Part shown: one piece after another, positions 52,257 to 64,000 of the stretch
Numbering within the stretch: position 1 is the first letter of the stretch
Layout: each line of letters opens with the position of its first letter
Assembly: GCF_004010195.1 (NCBI RefSeq)
Contig: NC_057718.1
Location: 49,749,239-49,813,238 of the forward strand
Direction of reading: 5' to 3'
DNA from: Chiloscyllium plagiosum
Lineage: Eukaryota
DNA length: 64,000 nt
The notes under the pieces: model-generated
The model's input: the letters and a program-made list of their open reading frames with translations, nothing else
Database searches by the model: none
What the model was told of the DNA's origin: nothing
Program-made: the position numbers and the translations under genes

Positions 52257-53009
52257 AGGAGCTCAGATATCCTGTTGGTAAGGTGCAGGTATCTCAATGG
52301 GATTACGACCATATAAATTAGTGTGTAAAAGGAGCATTAAATATGTATTTGTTGTCAATCATATACATCCTCTGCCTTTTAAATTTTGAAAAATTCCCAG
52401 TGATTCTTGTTTGAAAAAAACATTTTGCAATTTCAATGGATATTTGTTGACACAAACCCGAGTTCTATTGTTATTGGATCACTCTGAAGAAAAATTATTG
52501 GACTCAAACATTGTTCCAATGTGCACAGCTGCTGCCAGGATTGAGTCAATCAAGTTTCTCCAGCACTTTGTGTTGAAGAGAGTTCAGTAACGGCATCTTC
52601 CACCTATCACCACAGTGGGGGATGGTAAATTCACAGCTTGGATGGACAGCTCCAAAGGTACCAGCTATATTTCCGGGAGGACTGTGAAATGCAATGGTTT
52701 GTTCTGTAACGGATTAAGCACTTGAATAGATTTAAATCATGAATGAGTTTTTAACAAATGAATGTTACTTACCATAGGGAATTTAACATTAGATGTGCTG
52801 AATTTATTTTATTTCATCTCACCATTGTTTCTGCATTCTGCTGATGGTGGATACTGGGAGTGTTGACATAGAGTGAGTAAGTCAAAGGCTGGCAGTTGAA
52901 TGGTCCCAGATTGGCATTAATTTGGCATGGAGGATGTGTGCGCATAGATGGGCATGGGAAATGTGTGGGGATAGGGGATGCAGTGATGGGAGCTGGAAGG
53001 CCCATTTTT

Positions 53010-53345
53010 AATGTAACTGTATAAAACTGTTGCTCATGTTCTTTTTAAATCTTTTCTCACCTCAAAAATATGCTCCTGGTTTTGAACTCTCCCACCCTAG
53101 GGTAAATATCCTTGTCATCTACCTTATCCACGCCGCGTTGGATTTGATAAACCTCAATAAGGTCACCCCTCAACACGCCAGGGAAACAAGTCCCAACTTT
53201 TCCTGTCTATTTTTGTATCTCAAACCCTCCACTGTCGGCAACATCCTGGTTGATCTTTTCTGAACCTTCTCCAACTTAATATCATCTTTCCCAAAACAGG
53301 GCAACCAGAACTGGACACAGTAGTCCAGAAGAGGCCTCACCTCCT
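53010..53345 (-). mobile_element. CR1/HER1 3' fragment
   Basis: Similar to 230-560 and 11290-11565. Confidence 0.65.
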
Positions 53346-55282
53346 GTGCATGTTGAACATAAGCTCCCTACTTTTCAATTCTGCCCCTCTAGAAATGAAG
53401 TCTAGTGCTTGACGAGTGGCTTTATTGCCCTGTTTGTTTGCAGCAGTACACTTGGGGTTTGGCATGTTTCTACTCCGAGAGCTCTTTACTCCCCTATTCA
53501 CCCAGACCTGCACTTTTCAAATAATAAGTGGACTCCGCTACAGACAACTAAATCTAGTGTACAGGTGCAAAGAGAATCGAAAAAAGGACATGATGTTATT
53601 GGTCTACAGAGCCTTGGTCAGGATCCACCTGGTTTTACCTATCGAATGGGGGCTAGTTAGTTCAGTTGGCTAGACAGCTATTGAGAGTGCAGCATGATGC
53701 CAACAGCACGGGTTCAATTACTGCAGTGGCTTAGCTTCTCACGCTCTCTCCTTCTCAACTTCTCCCCTTGCCTATGGTTTGGCAACCCTTAGTTTAAACC
53801 ACCACCAGTCATCCCTCTAACAGCCAACAGCCTGGTCCAGTATAAACTGCAATGACTTTATCTTTACACTAGTCTTAACAAGTTTACCTCACAGACTGAC
53901 CAGAATTTTAACTAGGGTTTGAAGCACTAAACGAACAATAATTGAATAAAGTCATTGCTGTTGGAGTGTGGAAGCTTTAAAAAAACTGAGGAATTCAACA
54001 GGTTAAAAGGTTACATGTCTGTTTTTATTGATAATTACTTTCAGTCAGCCATACCATTATAAAATCTGATCAGACATTCCAGAAGGAAAAACAAAATCAT
54101 CTAGTACAGTATTATAAAAAGACAACTAAAAAAAATAGAAACTGTAGCAAACATTGACAGAAACCCCAAGGCAAATGTAATGCCTCACTGAGTAAAACCC
54201 CTGGATATCAAGCCCAGACTGTTCCCAGAGTCATCATAAAAGTTAAAAGTTTTATCAAAGTCCCCAATTTATGCCTTATAGGCTCAGATTAGGTTTCTGC
54301 ACTTAACAAAAACTATTAATTATAAATAGACTGCTTCAGCAATAGATAAACAAATATAAACTGCCTGCACATAATTCTACTAGCTAAACTTCTAACACAC
54401 AAAACAAAGAGGGTTATGGGTAGAGTGAAGAAAACTTGGGAAATGAAGTCCCCAGGATTTGATGCAGTGTAAACTTTGTTTCCAAACTCCTTTAGTTCTG
54501 ATTTTTTTCCTTCACGTTCTTCTATTTTGCAGAAGACACACAGTCACTGGTTCACAAATTATAATGTCTCTGACTTATTGGTGCAACACAACAGCTTACA
54601 AGACAATCAGCTTTATTTAGCTTCAGGTATCTTCATAAGAGGAGACACAGACTTTCTTGCTCAGAGGCAACTCGTGCCCTACAAGACTCACTTAGTATCA
54701 GAGATGAATGGCAATAGTGCAAGTTAGTGGAGGTGAGATATATATGAGGAAGTACAGGGATGAATAAATTGGAGGTGGAGAAAACCTAGAAGATTACAGA
54801 CTGTAAACGAACGCAATGTCCTGTTGTGCGTTTGCATCAAATAGTTTTTTAGTGTTGAAAATAATAGGCAAAGGCATGTCAAACCCTTTCCAAAACTATT
54901 TGTTTTCCAGGCAATAAGAAACAAAATATTAAACTTTACGACTGAATATCATCCATGACTTCTTCGCTACTTTGGTTTTAATTTATTTTTAACAAGAGAA
55001 CGCATCAAAATCACAAAGTCTGCAAAAGCTAAACAAATACCGAGTTTTCCCAATTAAGGTCTCCACGCACCTTCTGATCTCTTATCCCCTCCTCGGGTTC
55101 ATTTAGTCATAATACCGAAAGATTTTCCTCCGGAGTGACCAAATATTTAGGGCAGTCTGCTCCACATCAATTACCTTCCTAACTCTCCAAGCTCAGGATT
55201 CGACTCCCAATCCAGGCCACGTTCCATTCCCCGGGCAACATTCCACTCCCCAGCACAACGTTCTACTCCCAGTGAAAAGATA

Positions 55283-55380
55283 CATTTACTTCCCTCGTGC
55301 TGACAATCTCAAACTCCTTCCGGGGTCATGTTGAACGTTGCTGTACTTTCTCTTAAAGCGACTACGTGGTTTTGGGATTA
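55283..55380 (-). promoter_or_regulatory. Candidate TAF1A promoter / non-coding first exon
   Basis: Locally CpG-richer unique sequence with an ETS/GABP-like CCGGAAG on the minus strand (~55317-55323) and a donor-like |GTAAATG at 55289-55283. The first coding exon has an acceptor, so an upstream exon must exist. Confidence 0.3.
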
Positions 55381-55977
55381 TTGATTGTTCCCGTTGATTT
55401 ACGTGGATACTGACTGGAAATGTTTATTCCATGATCTGGAATAAAGCTTCGGGATATTATCTTCCAACAGTTAAAAAAACAACTGTGGGTTTTGGTCAAA
55501 TGCAATTACAGCTACTGCATAGTCGCAGCTTTAACGTGTTTAAGGTTGACATTTATCGTCTTGTGTAGAGTTTCATTCAAATAAACATAACGGTTACTTA
55601 GAGTGATGTATATTTTTAAAGTGGAATTACTGCTTATCTATTTGAACTTGTAGAAATAAGCCCATGTTATTTTCAGGGGTAAAATGCTTCGTGTGAATTT
55701 TACATAAAATTAATAAGACTTGGTAGGCAGACACATAATAGACTCCTTACACAACTATTTACTTTCCAGACAGTAAGAAACAAAATATTGAGCTGTACGA
55801 TTGATATACCCAATCGGCAGGTCTGGCAACATTTTAGAGGAAAAAAGATCCTCTCGACCTGATGAGAATTTCCATGAGTTTTCACAGCGCTTTTCAGATT
55901 TCCAGCATCTTCAGTGCTCTGCTTTTGTTTGAGTGGTACGTCACGCAGATACGTTGGTATGTCATATATTTTAATGC

Positions 55978-56168
55978 CTAGGAGAAAGTGAGGACTTCAG
56001 ATACTGGAGATCAAAGTCGAAAAGTGGAGCAATGGAAAAGCACAGCATCGAGGAGCCGGAGAGTCGACGTTTCGGCCTGACGGGCTTATGCCCTAATCGT
56101 CGACTCTCCTGCTCCTCAGATGCTGCTTGACCTGCTGTGCTTTTCCAGCGCCACACTTTTCGAATTAC
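55978..56168. mobile_element. PLE-derived fold-back element
   Basis: TSD attttaatgc at 55968-77 and 56169-78; inverted arms around deleted hammerheads. Confidence 0.8.
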
Positions 56169-56318
56169 ATTTTAATGCACGTTGTGGAATTTCTTGCCTT
56201 ACGTGATATACCAGACTTAAATAAATGCGGAACACTGCATATGCTGCAAGTCTGAAAAGTACCGCAAAAACTCATGGAAATACTCCTCTAAAATGTTGCC
56301 AGACCCGGTAAGTTCCAT

Positions 56319-56540
56319 TAAGAGAAAGTGAGGACTGGAGATCAGAGTCGAGTGTGTGGTGCTGGAAAAGCACAGCCGGTCAGGCAGCATCCGAGAAGCA
56401 GGAGAATTGATGTTTCGGGAATAAGCCCTTCATCAGGAACGAGCTGATGATGGAAGGGTTTATGCCCGAAACGTCGATTTCCGTGTTCTTGGATGTTGCC
56501 TGAGCAGCTATGCTTTTCCAGCACCACACTCTTGCTGCTG
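56319..56540. mobile_element. PLE-derived fold-back element with two opposed hammerhead-like cores
   Basis: TSD agttccat at 56311-18 and 56541-48; cores at 56409-56436 (-) and 56444-56475 (+). Confidence 0.8.
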
Positions 56541-56715
56541 AGTTCCATGCTTTCTTTTTTATGGCTTCTGGGCATGTTTTTATGATGCATCTGCTCATTA
56601 TCACCAAGCCACATCTCTGTCTGCCAGCTTCTCTTTCTTTGAGCCTCAGTTCTTCCAATTTTTTTCACTTGAAATCTTCCTCCTTTAACCTCACACCATG
56701 TTTTCACTGAGGTAT

Positions 56716-58537
56716 GAGAATCTAGATTAGAGTGGTGCTAGAAAAGCACAGCAGGTCAGGCAGCACACGAGAAGCAGGAAAATCGATGTTTCAGGCTAAA
56801 GCCCTTTGTCAGGAATGAAGGCAGGGAGCCTCCATGGTGGAGAGAATAAATAGGAGGGGGGTGGGGCTGGAGAGAAGGTAGCAATAGGTGGATTGGGGTG
56901 CGGATGAAGGTGATAGGTCAGAGAGGAGGGTGGGGGAAGGTAGCAAAGAGTACAATATGTGGGTGGGGGTGGGGATGAAGGCTATAGGTCAGAGGGGAAG
57001 GTGGAACGGATAGGTGGAAAGGGAGATTGGCAGGTAGGACAGGTCATGAGGACAGTGCTGAGCTGGAAGGTTGGAACTGAGGTAAGGTGGGGGNNNNNNN
57101 NNNNNNNNNNNNNNNNNNNNNNNNNNNNNNNNNNNNNNNNNNNNNNNNNNNNNNNNNNNNNNNNNNNNNNNNNNNNNNNNNNNNNNNNNNNNNNNNNNNN
57201 NNNNNNNNNNNNNNNNNNNNNNNNNNNNNNNNNNNNNNNNNNNNNNNNNNNNNNNNNNNNNNNNNNNNNNNNNNNNNNNNNNNNNNNNNNNNNNNNNNNN
57301 NNNGGGGGGCGTGGACCTGACCAGGTAGTCATGGAGGGAACGGTCTTAGCAGAAAGAGGTGAGGAGGGAAATATATCCCTGGTGATGGGGTCCATTTGGA
57401 GGTGGCGGAAATGTCGGCAGATGATTTGGATTATGCGAAGGTTAGCAGGGTGGAAGGTGAGGACCAGGGGGGTTCTGTCCTTGTTACGGTTAGAAGGGTG
57501 GGGTTTGAGGGTGGAGGTGCGGGATGTGGACGAGATGCGTTGGAGGGCATCTTCAACCACGTGGGAAGGGAAATTGCAGTCTTTAAAGAAGGAGGCCATC
57601 TGGTGTGTTCTGTGGTGGAATTGGTCCTCCTGGGAGCAAATACGGCGGAGGTGGAGGAATTGGGAATACGGGATAGCATTTTTGCAAGAGGTAGAGTGGG
57701 AAGAGGTGTAATCCAGGTAGCTGTGGGAATTGGTGAGTTTGTAAAAAATGTCAGTGTCAAGTTGGTTGTCATTAATGGAGATGGAGAGGTCCAGCAAGGG
57801 GATGGAGGTGTCAGAGATGGTCCAGGTGAATTTAAGGTCAGGGTGGAATGTGTTGGTGAAGTTGATGAACTGCTCAACCTTCTCGCGGGAGCACGAGGTG
57901 GTGCCGATGCAGTCATCAATGTAGCAGAGGGAGAGGTGGGGAGTGGTGCCGGTGTAACTGAGGAAGATGGAGTGTTCTACGTAGCCGACAAAGAGACAGA
58001 CATAGCTGGGGCCCATACGAGTGCCTATGGCTACCCCTTTGTTCTGGAGGAAGTGGAAGATTCAAAGGAGAAATTGTTAAGGGTGAGGATCAGTTCAGCC
58101 AAACGAATGAGAGTGTCAGTGGAGGGGTACTGTTAGGAACGTTGGGAAAGGAAGAAACAGAGGGCTTGTGGCCCTGGTCATGGCAGATGGAGGTGTAGAG
58201 GGATTGGATGCCCATGGTGAAGATGAGGCATTGGGGCTGGGGAAACAGAAGTCGTGGAGGGCGTGGGAGTTGTCTCAAATGCATGTGGCGAGTTCCTGGA
58301 GTAGGGGGAAAGGACAGTGTCAAGGTAGGTGGAAATGAGTTCAGTGGGGCAGGAGCATGCTGAGACAATGGGTCGGCCAGGGTGGTCAGGCTTGTGGATC
58401 TTGGGAAGGAGGTAGAATCGGGTGGTGCAGGGTTCCCGGACTAGTAGGTTGGAAGCTGTGGGTGGGAGATCTCCTGAGGTGATGAGGTTGTATATGGTCT
58501 GGGAGATGATGGTTTGGTGGTGGGGGGTGGGGTCATG
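56716..58537 (-). mobile_element. 5'-truncated Penelope-like retroelement (RT region, frameshifted; N-gap inside)
   Basis: FYLLPKIHKPDHPGRPIVS, MGPSYVCLFVGYVE, YIDDC, HPDLKFTW, SHSYLDYTSSH. 14-bp TSD tttcactgaggtat at 56702-15 and 58538-51. Confidence 0.92.
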
Positions 58538-58589
58538 TTTCACTGAGGTATCCTCATTGCTTTGCTGTCAGCCAAGGTTGTGAGTGATA

Positions 58590-60060
58590 GCCCCAAAGAT
58601 TGGGATAAATTCAGAATCCAGCAAAGGAGGACTAAAACGATAATAATGAGTGAGAATAAATTTTGAGGGCAAACGAGCGAGGAATATAAAAACTGACAAT
58701 AACAGCTTACTTAAATCAAGGGTTGCGTAAAGCTTTGTAGCTCAGATGCTGGTTGCTATGGTTGTGGGTATGTTTGCCGAGTGGGGAAGTTGATTTGCTG
58801 ACATTTTGTCCCATGTCCAGGTAACATCTTCAATGCTTTGGGACCTCCTGCTTCACAGAATGATTGGCTAATTGGCCTATACTTACGTCTCCATCGCCAC
58901 ATCTTTTAGGATCCATCAGGACTGGGGACAAAGCTACCTTTAGCGCCATTAGTTTGTCTAATCCTATTCTTTAACAATGGTGATTCTTCTCCTGTCTTCT
59001 TTAGTATTAATGGAAACATTTGATGTATCTTCCACTGTGATGGCTGATGCAAAATGTCTGTTTAACCCTCTGCTATTTCTTTGTTCGCCAAAACCCCCTC
59101 CCTAGATTCACAGAAGGCTCCAGAGGACTGAAGATGCCACCTAAACAAATCAATTTCCCAGCTCGGCTTATATGTAGGGGTATGGGTGGTTTGCACTTCA
59201 GCGGGTCAGTGTGGACTTGTTGGGCCGAAGGGCCTGTTTCCACACTGTAATGTAATGTAATCTAATCTAATGTAATGTAATCTAATCTAATATACCCAAA
59301 ACCATGTCAGCTTATTTACATATAAAGAAAGGAAGAGGGAAGAAAGTGAACATAGGCCATGTAGAACATGAATCTAGGGAGGGGGTTTTGGGGAACAAAG
59401 AAATAGCAGAGGGTTAAACAGATATTTTGCAACAGCCTTTACAGTGGAAGATACATCAAACATTTCCATTAATACTAAAGAATACAGGAGAAGAATCAAG
59501 TATCCATCACCATTGCTAAAGAATAGTATGAGACAAACTAATAGGGTTCAAGGTAGATTTGCCCCTGACCGTGATGACTTGCATCTGAGGATCCTAAAAG
59601 ATGTGATTACAGAGACAGTGGGACGCATTGGTTATAAGTTACCAACCCCTTTGGATTCTGGAGAAGTGCGAGAGGATTGGAAATCTGCTAATGTGACATC
59701 CCTATTCAACAGGGGATGTAGGCAAAAAACAGGTAACCATAGGCCAATTAGCCTAACATTTATTGTTGGAAAAGCATTAGTGTCAATTATTAAGGATGCA
59801 ATAGAATATTTGGAAAATCATCAGTGTTAGAGGTCATATATTGGCATGGATAGAGAATTGGCTAATGGACAGGAAGCAGCGAGTGGGGATAAGGGGTTCT
59901 TTTTCAAGTTGGCAAACCATAGCCAGTGGGATTCCACAGGGATTAGTGCTGGGACCGCAAAATACATTCCTGATTTGGAGTAAAGAAGTGAACGTACTGT
60001 AGCCAAATTTGCAGATGACATAAGAGTAGGTGGAAAGGCGGGTTGTGAGAAGGATGCAGC
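58590..60060 (+). mobile_element. Decayed CR1 ORF2 with nested family C element and HE1 3' fragment (59172-59290)
   Basis: EDWKSANVTSLF, NHRPISLT, GIPQGLVLGP, KFADD motifs. Confidence 0.8.
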
Positions 60061-60069
60061 TTTCAGAGA

Positions 60070-61740
60070 GAAAACCCAAAAGATCTGCAGGTGCTGGAAA
60101 TCAGAAACAAAACAGAAATTGCTGAAAAAACTCAGCAGGTCTGGCAGTATAGTGGAGAGAAATCAGAGTTAACATTTCGGGTCCAGTGACCTTCTTTAAA
60201 ACGGGTAGGAAAAAGTTGGTTTGATGCAGGTGACTGGGTGGGGTGAGAGGGAGAAAAAAAACCAAAAGGTGGAGATAGAACCCAAAGAAAGAGGAAAAAC
60301 AGTTGAACAGACAGAGCAGTGGATAATTGGTAGCCTAGGAGAATGAGTGGCTGCTAAGGGGTGGCTAACAATGAGTTGTGTGTAATAGCAGTCATTGTGA
60401 TGACAAGGCCTGATGTGCAAGCATAGGGGAAAGACATGGAGAAGGTGCTCAAGCAATAAAATTGTTAAACTCAATATTGAATCCTGAAGGCTGCAGGGTT
60501 CCCAAGCAGAAAATTAGGTGCTGCTCTTTCAGCTTGCACTGAGCTCCAATAGAGCACTGCAGCAAACCTGAGACAGAAGTGTTGGCCTGGGAACAGGGTG
60601 GTGTGTTGAGGTGGCAGGCAGCTGGAAGCTCAGGATCTTTTTTTTTCCATCAGATCAAAGATGTTCTGCAAAGCAGTTGTCCAGTCTTTGCTTCATTTCC
60701 CCAGTATAGAGGAGACCACATTGTGAGCAGCGAATGTAGTCAACTGGACATCTGGATTTCCCTGACACTTCACATCAATTTCAGAATTTCCAGTTTGTGG
60801 GCTCCAGTTGCATTCTCTTTACCATTGATGTCAATCCCTTCACACATCCATTCCCCCATCAGCATGGTCTCAGGGCTCTCAACTTTTTCCTGGAAAAAAG
60901 GACCTGAACTGACTCCATCAATGACCGCTCTCCTCTGCCTGGCCAGGCTCGTCCTCACTCTAAACAACTTCTCCTTAATTGTGCTCATTTCCTCCAGGTC
61001 AGAGAGGTGGCATGGGTATTCACATGAGCCCCAGTTATGCCTGTCTCTTTCTGGAGTACGTGGAACATTCCTTGTTGCAGTCCTATTCAGGCTCCCATCC
61101 ACAACTCTTTCTCCGGCATATTGATGATACCATTGGCACTGTTTCCCTCTCTCCTCGGGAATTGGAGAAACTTATCAATTTCACTTCCAATTTCCACACT
61201 GCTCTCACTTAAGCCTGGTCCACGTCTGACTCTTCCTTTCCCTTCCTTGACATCTCTGTTTCTGTTTCTGGGGAAAGGCTGGCCACCAATATCCTACTAC
61301 AAACCCACTGTCTGCCACTGTTAACTGGACTATACATCCTCGCACCCTGCTTCCTGGAAAAAACTCTGTTCCATTCTCCCATTTCCACAATATCCTTTGC
61401 ACCTATTCTGAGGATGCCGACTTCAACAAGGGTACCTCTGAAACGTCCACCTTCTTCCTCAACTGAGGATTCCCCAGTACTGTAGGTGACAGAGTGTTCA
61501 GCTGGATCCAACTCATCTCCTCTAATTTTGGTCCTCACCCACTCTCTTCCCTCCCACAATAGCAATAAGGTGCCCCTCGTCCTCACATCCATTCCATCAA
61601 CATTCACGTCCAGAGGATTATTAGCCGCCATTTCTGCCACCTCCAGACACAGATACTCCTCCCCTCCCTTCACAGTTTTCCACAATGACTGTTCCCTGTG
61701 GGCGACCCTGGTCCACTCCTCCTTCACTCCCAAATGGACA
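60070..61740. mobile_element. Older Penelope-like element, inverted arrangement (minus 3' end 60070-~60745, plus RT ~60750-61740)
   Basis: MSPSYACLFLEYVE...RHIDD...FH (+). Terminal repeat with a decayed GAAA-UGUU core at ~60169-60197 (-). Confidence 0.82.
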
Positions 61741-63339
61741 TGAGGAATGTTGGATCAGCCATGATCCTATTGAATGGTGGAGCAGGCTCATGGGGCTGAA
61801 CAGCCTACTCCTGTTCTGATTTTTTATGGCCATGACTCTAACATAATAGGATTGGGAGCATGAGTACTGCTCAGCATAGGGTTCAAACAGGGAAACTAAT
61901 CTTCTGGTTAGTCACATCTGCCTGTTTGGCAGTGCCACTCAAAACACTCCAATTCCCACTGTTTGGTACATGGATGATCGCAGTGTGATTCCTCACACAC
62001 ACAAACAAAGGGCCAAAGAGAAGAGAATACTCTCAGATTCGATCTCCCACAGACTGATCTGGAAATATGAGGACAGTTGATCACTCAGCTCTTAGACTTT
62101 GAAGCAATTTTAACTGATCACCTGACTTCTGAGTTCACTCTCTTCTACATAGAGATTAGGTGCCCAAGTTACTTAAAAATAATTCAAAGCAATTCCCAAT
62201 CCCCGAGTGTTCACTTCCAACATTATTAGCCCGGTGAATATTTGATTGATCCTGGGAATGCTTTGAATTCCGAAAGAAACACACAGCCCAGTTTCAAGGC
62301 CTGATGTTCTTGGCACTAACGTCCTGGCTGTTGATATGATAGTGACTCCTGATTGCCCTGAGAATGTTCTGCCCTTGGAGAAAACCAATTTTTCTCTTAT
62401 TTTACTTTGGACTGTATTTTTCTGATTGATTTTCTAGATTTTCAGCATCTGCAGTCCTCACTATCTCCTAACTTTTGGACTGTGCCCAAGTACAACAGAA
62501 TATATGGTTGTATGTTTTCTGAGACCATTGTTATGATCCCTGATGGGACAATCAAGTATGTGTTTTGGCCTGGCTAGGTATCAATAGCTTTTGTTTTTGC
62601 TTAAAGTGGACAAAGGTTGAAATTGCAGATATTTCTGAAGAGAATAAAGCCTCAAGATTCCACAGGTTTGAACAAACAAACTGCCGAGAATTAGAAAAGT
62701 AAAACAATGTGCTTTATACTCTGAGATTAATGATTAATATGTGGTTCATATGGGTAAAGCCCCCACGTGTAAATTATTGATATTGCTGGCACCAAATCCA
62801 ATTAAAATGTCTTATTTACAAGGGAGCTTAATTTGTCACATTCTAAGATCTAGCTTAGAAACCCCATCTGACACCTCATTATCAAATACTTCCATAAGTA
62901 CTCATGTTCTGGCAGTTCAATTGTTTCCACTGAAGCTGCATTCATATAGAATCCTGAGACTGCACTGTAGAATCTACTCACAGCAGATGTCCACTCTTTC
63001 ATAGATAGTTAGCTTCACTAGATTGACATTAATTTGGGGTCTCTCTGAGCTTCAATTTAGCTCTACTGCATGAAACAAACAACACAGCACTCCCCACTCC
63101 AACTCTCATTCACACTGATTATTCAGTGGTACCTAAGGTTCCTTCTGAGCCTCAATTGGTTTCAGGATTTCTAAGCCCTAAACCCAACTCTTAGCTACAC
63201 ATACTGGCACCCAGGGCTTGTGTGAGTCATAAAAGGCCAGCCAAAGACAGCGACATCTTTTCAGTATGAGGCCTCTTCCCTGCTGCTGACTACAAGCCAA
63301 TCATGTGGCTTATCATGTTGATCCCACGGTCAGATAGTC

Positions 63340-63790
63340 AAGCCACCACCACCCCACAAGTACCTGGCAACTGCTCTTCCTTCGACCACAAGAAACTACA
63401 GAAAGTTGTGAACGCAGACCAGTCCACCACGCAAACCAGCCTTCTATCCATTGACTCTGTCTGTACTTTCTGCTGTCTTGGGAAAGTAATCAACATCATC
63501 AACACCATCAAAGATCTCTCCCAACTCGGTTATACTCTCTTATACCCTCGTCCGTCAGGCAGAAGATATAATAGTTTGAATACCCAAACAAATAGCTTCA
63601 AGAACAGCTTCTTCCCTGCTGATATTAGACTTTTGAATGGATCTCTCAAATGTTAATTTTGATCTCTCTGTCTCTCTCTGTCTGTCTCTCTGCACCTTCT
63701 CTGTGACTGTAACAGTATTCTGAACTCTGTTCTGCTACCCTGATGCACTTTGTATGGCATAATCTGCCTGTCTCATATGCAAAACAACAC
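63340..63790 (+). mobile_element. Rex1/Babar-like LINE 3' end
   Basis: KKLQKVVN...PSGRRY.SL..QTNSFKNSFFP..IRLLN C-terminal motif. Confidence 0.7.
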
Positions 63791-64000
63791 TTCAGAGTTC
63801 TTTGACTAACATCAACAAATCCATCATTACAGGTTCAGTGGCTGAGAAGTCGAACTGCATCAGTATTATCGTGTCTAATGTAGCAGTGACCATAGACTAT
63901 ACTTCAATCTTGTTCTGATTTGCACAGAAAGATTAATTAATTATGTAATCTGGAATTGATCCAAGAAATATGTTGTCTCTTATAAAAAAGATTTTTGCAC

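Noticed and set aside
56982..58543. Active or domesticated reverse transcriptase gene
   Set aside because: 5'-truncated and frameshifted, with a TSD; an ordinary dead PLE copy.

Overview
Repeat-rich eukaryotic DNA, most likely from a shark, judged from HE1/V-SINE-like SINEs, HER1/CR1 LINEs and Penelope-like elements (PLEs). It has three N-gaps: 21947-22446, 50164-50663 and 57094-57302. The only protein-coding gene I can support is TAF1A (RNA Pol I SL1 subunit TAFI48) on the minus strand. Ten GT-AG coding exons from 42993 to 20808 splice in phase into 1353 nt (450 aa + stop). The rest is mostly decayed, nested retroelements: CR1/HER1, PLE RT and GIY-YIG fragments, a Rex/Babar-like tail, Gypsy remnants, a solo LTR and a Tigger-like MITE. 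There is also a perfect 24-bp minisatellite and two tandem duplications. The most interesting signal is at least three (possibly four) families of short PLE-derived, often fold-back elements carrying minimal type-I hammerhead ribozyme cores (CUGAnGA-stem II-GAAA-palindromic stem III). Many of them are flanked by 8-16 bp target-site duplications, which suggests a non-autonomous ribozyme-bearing retroelement system. All calls are by eye; no database search was run.
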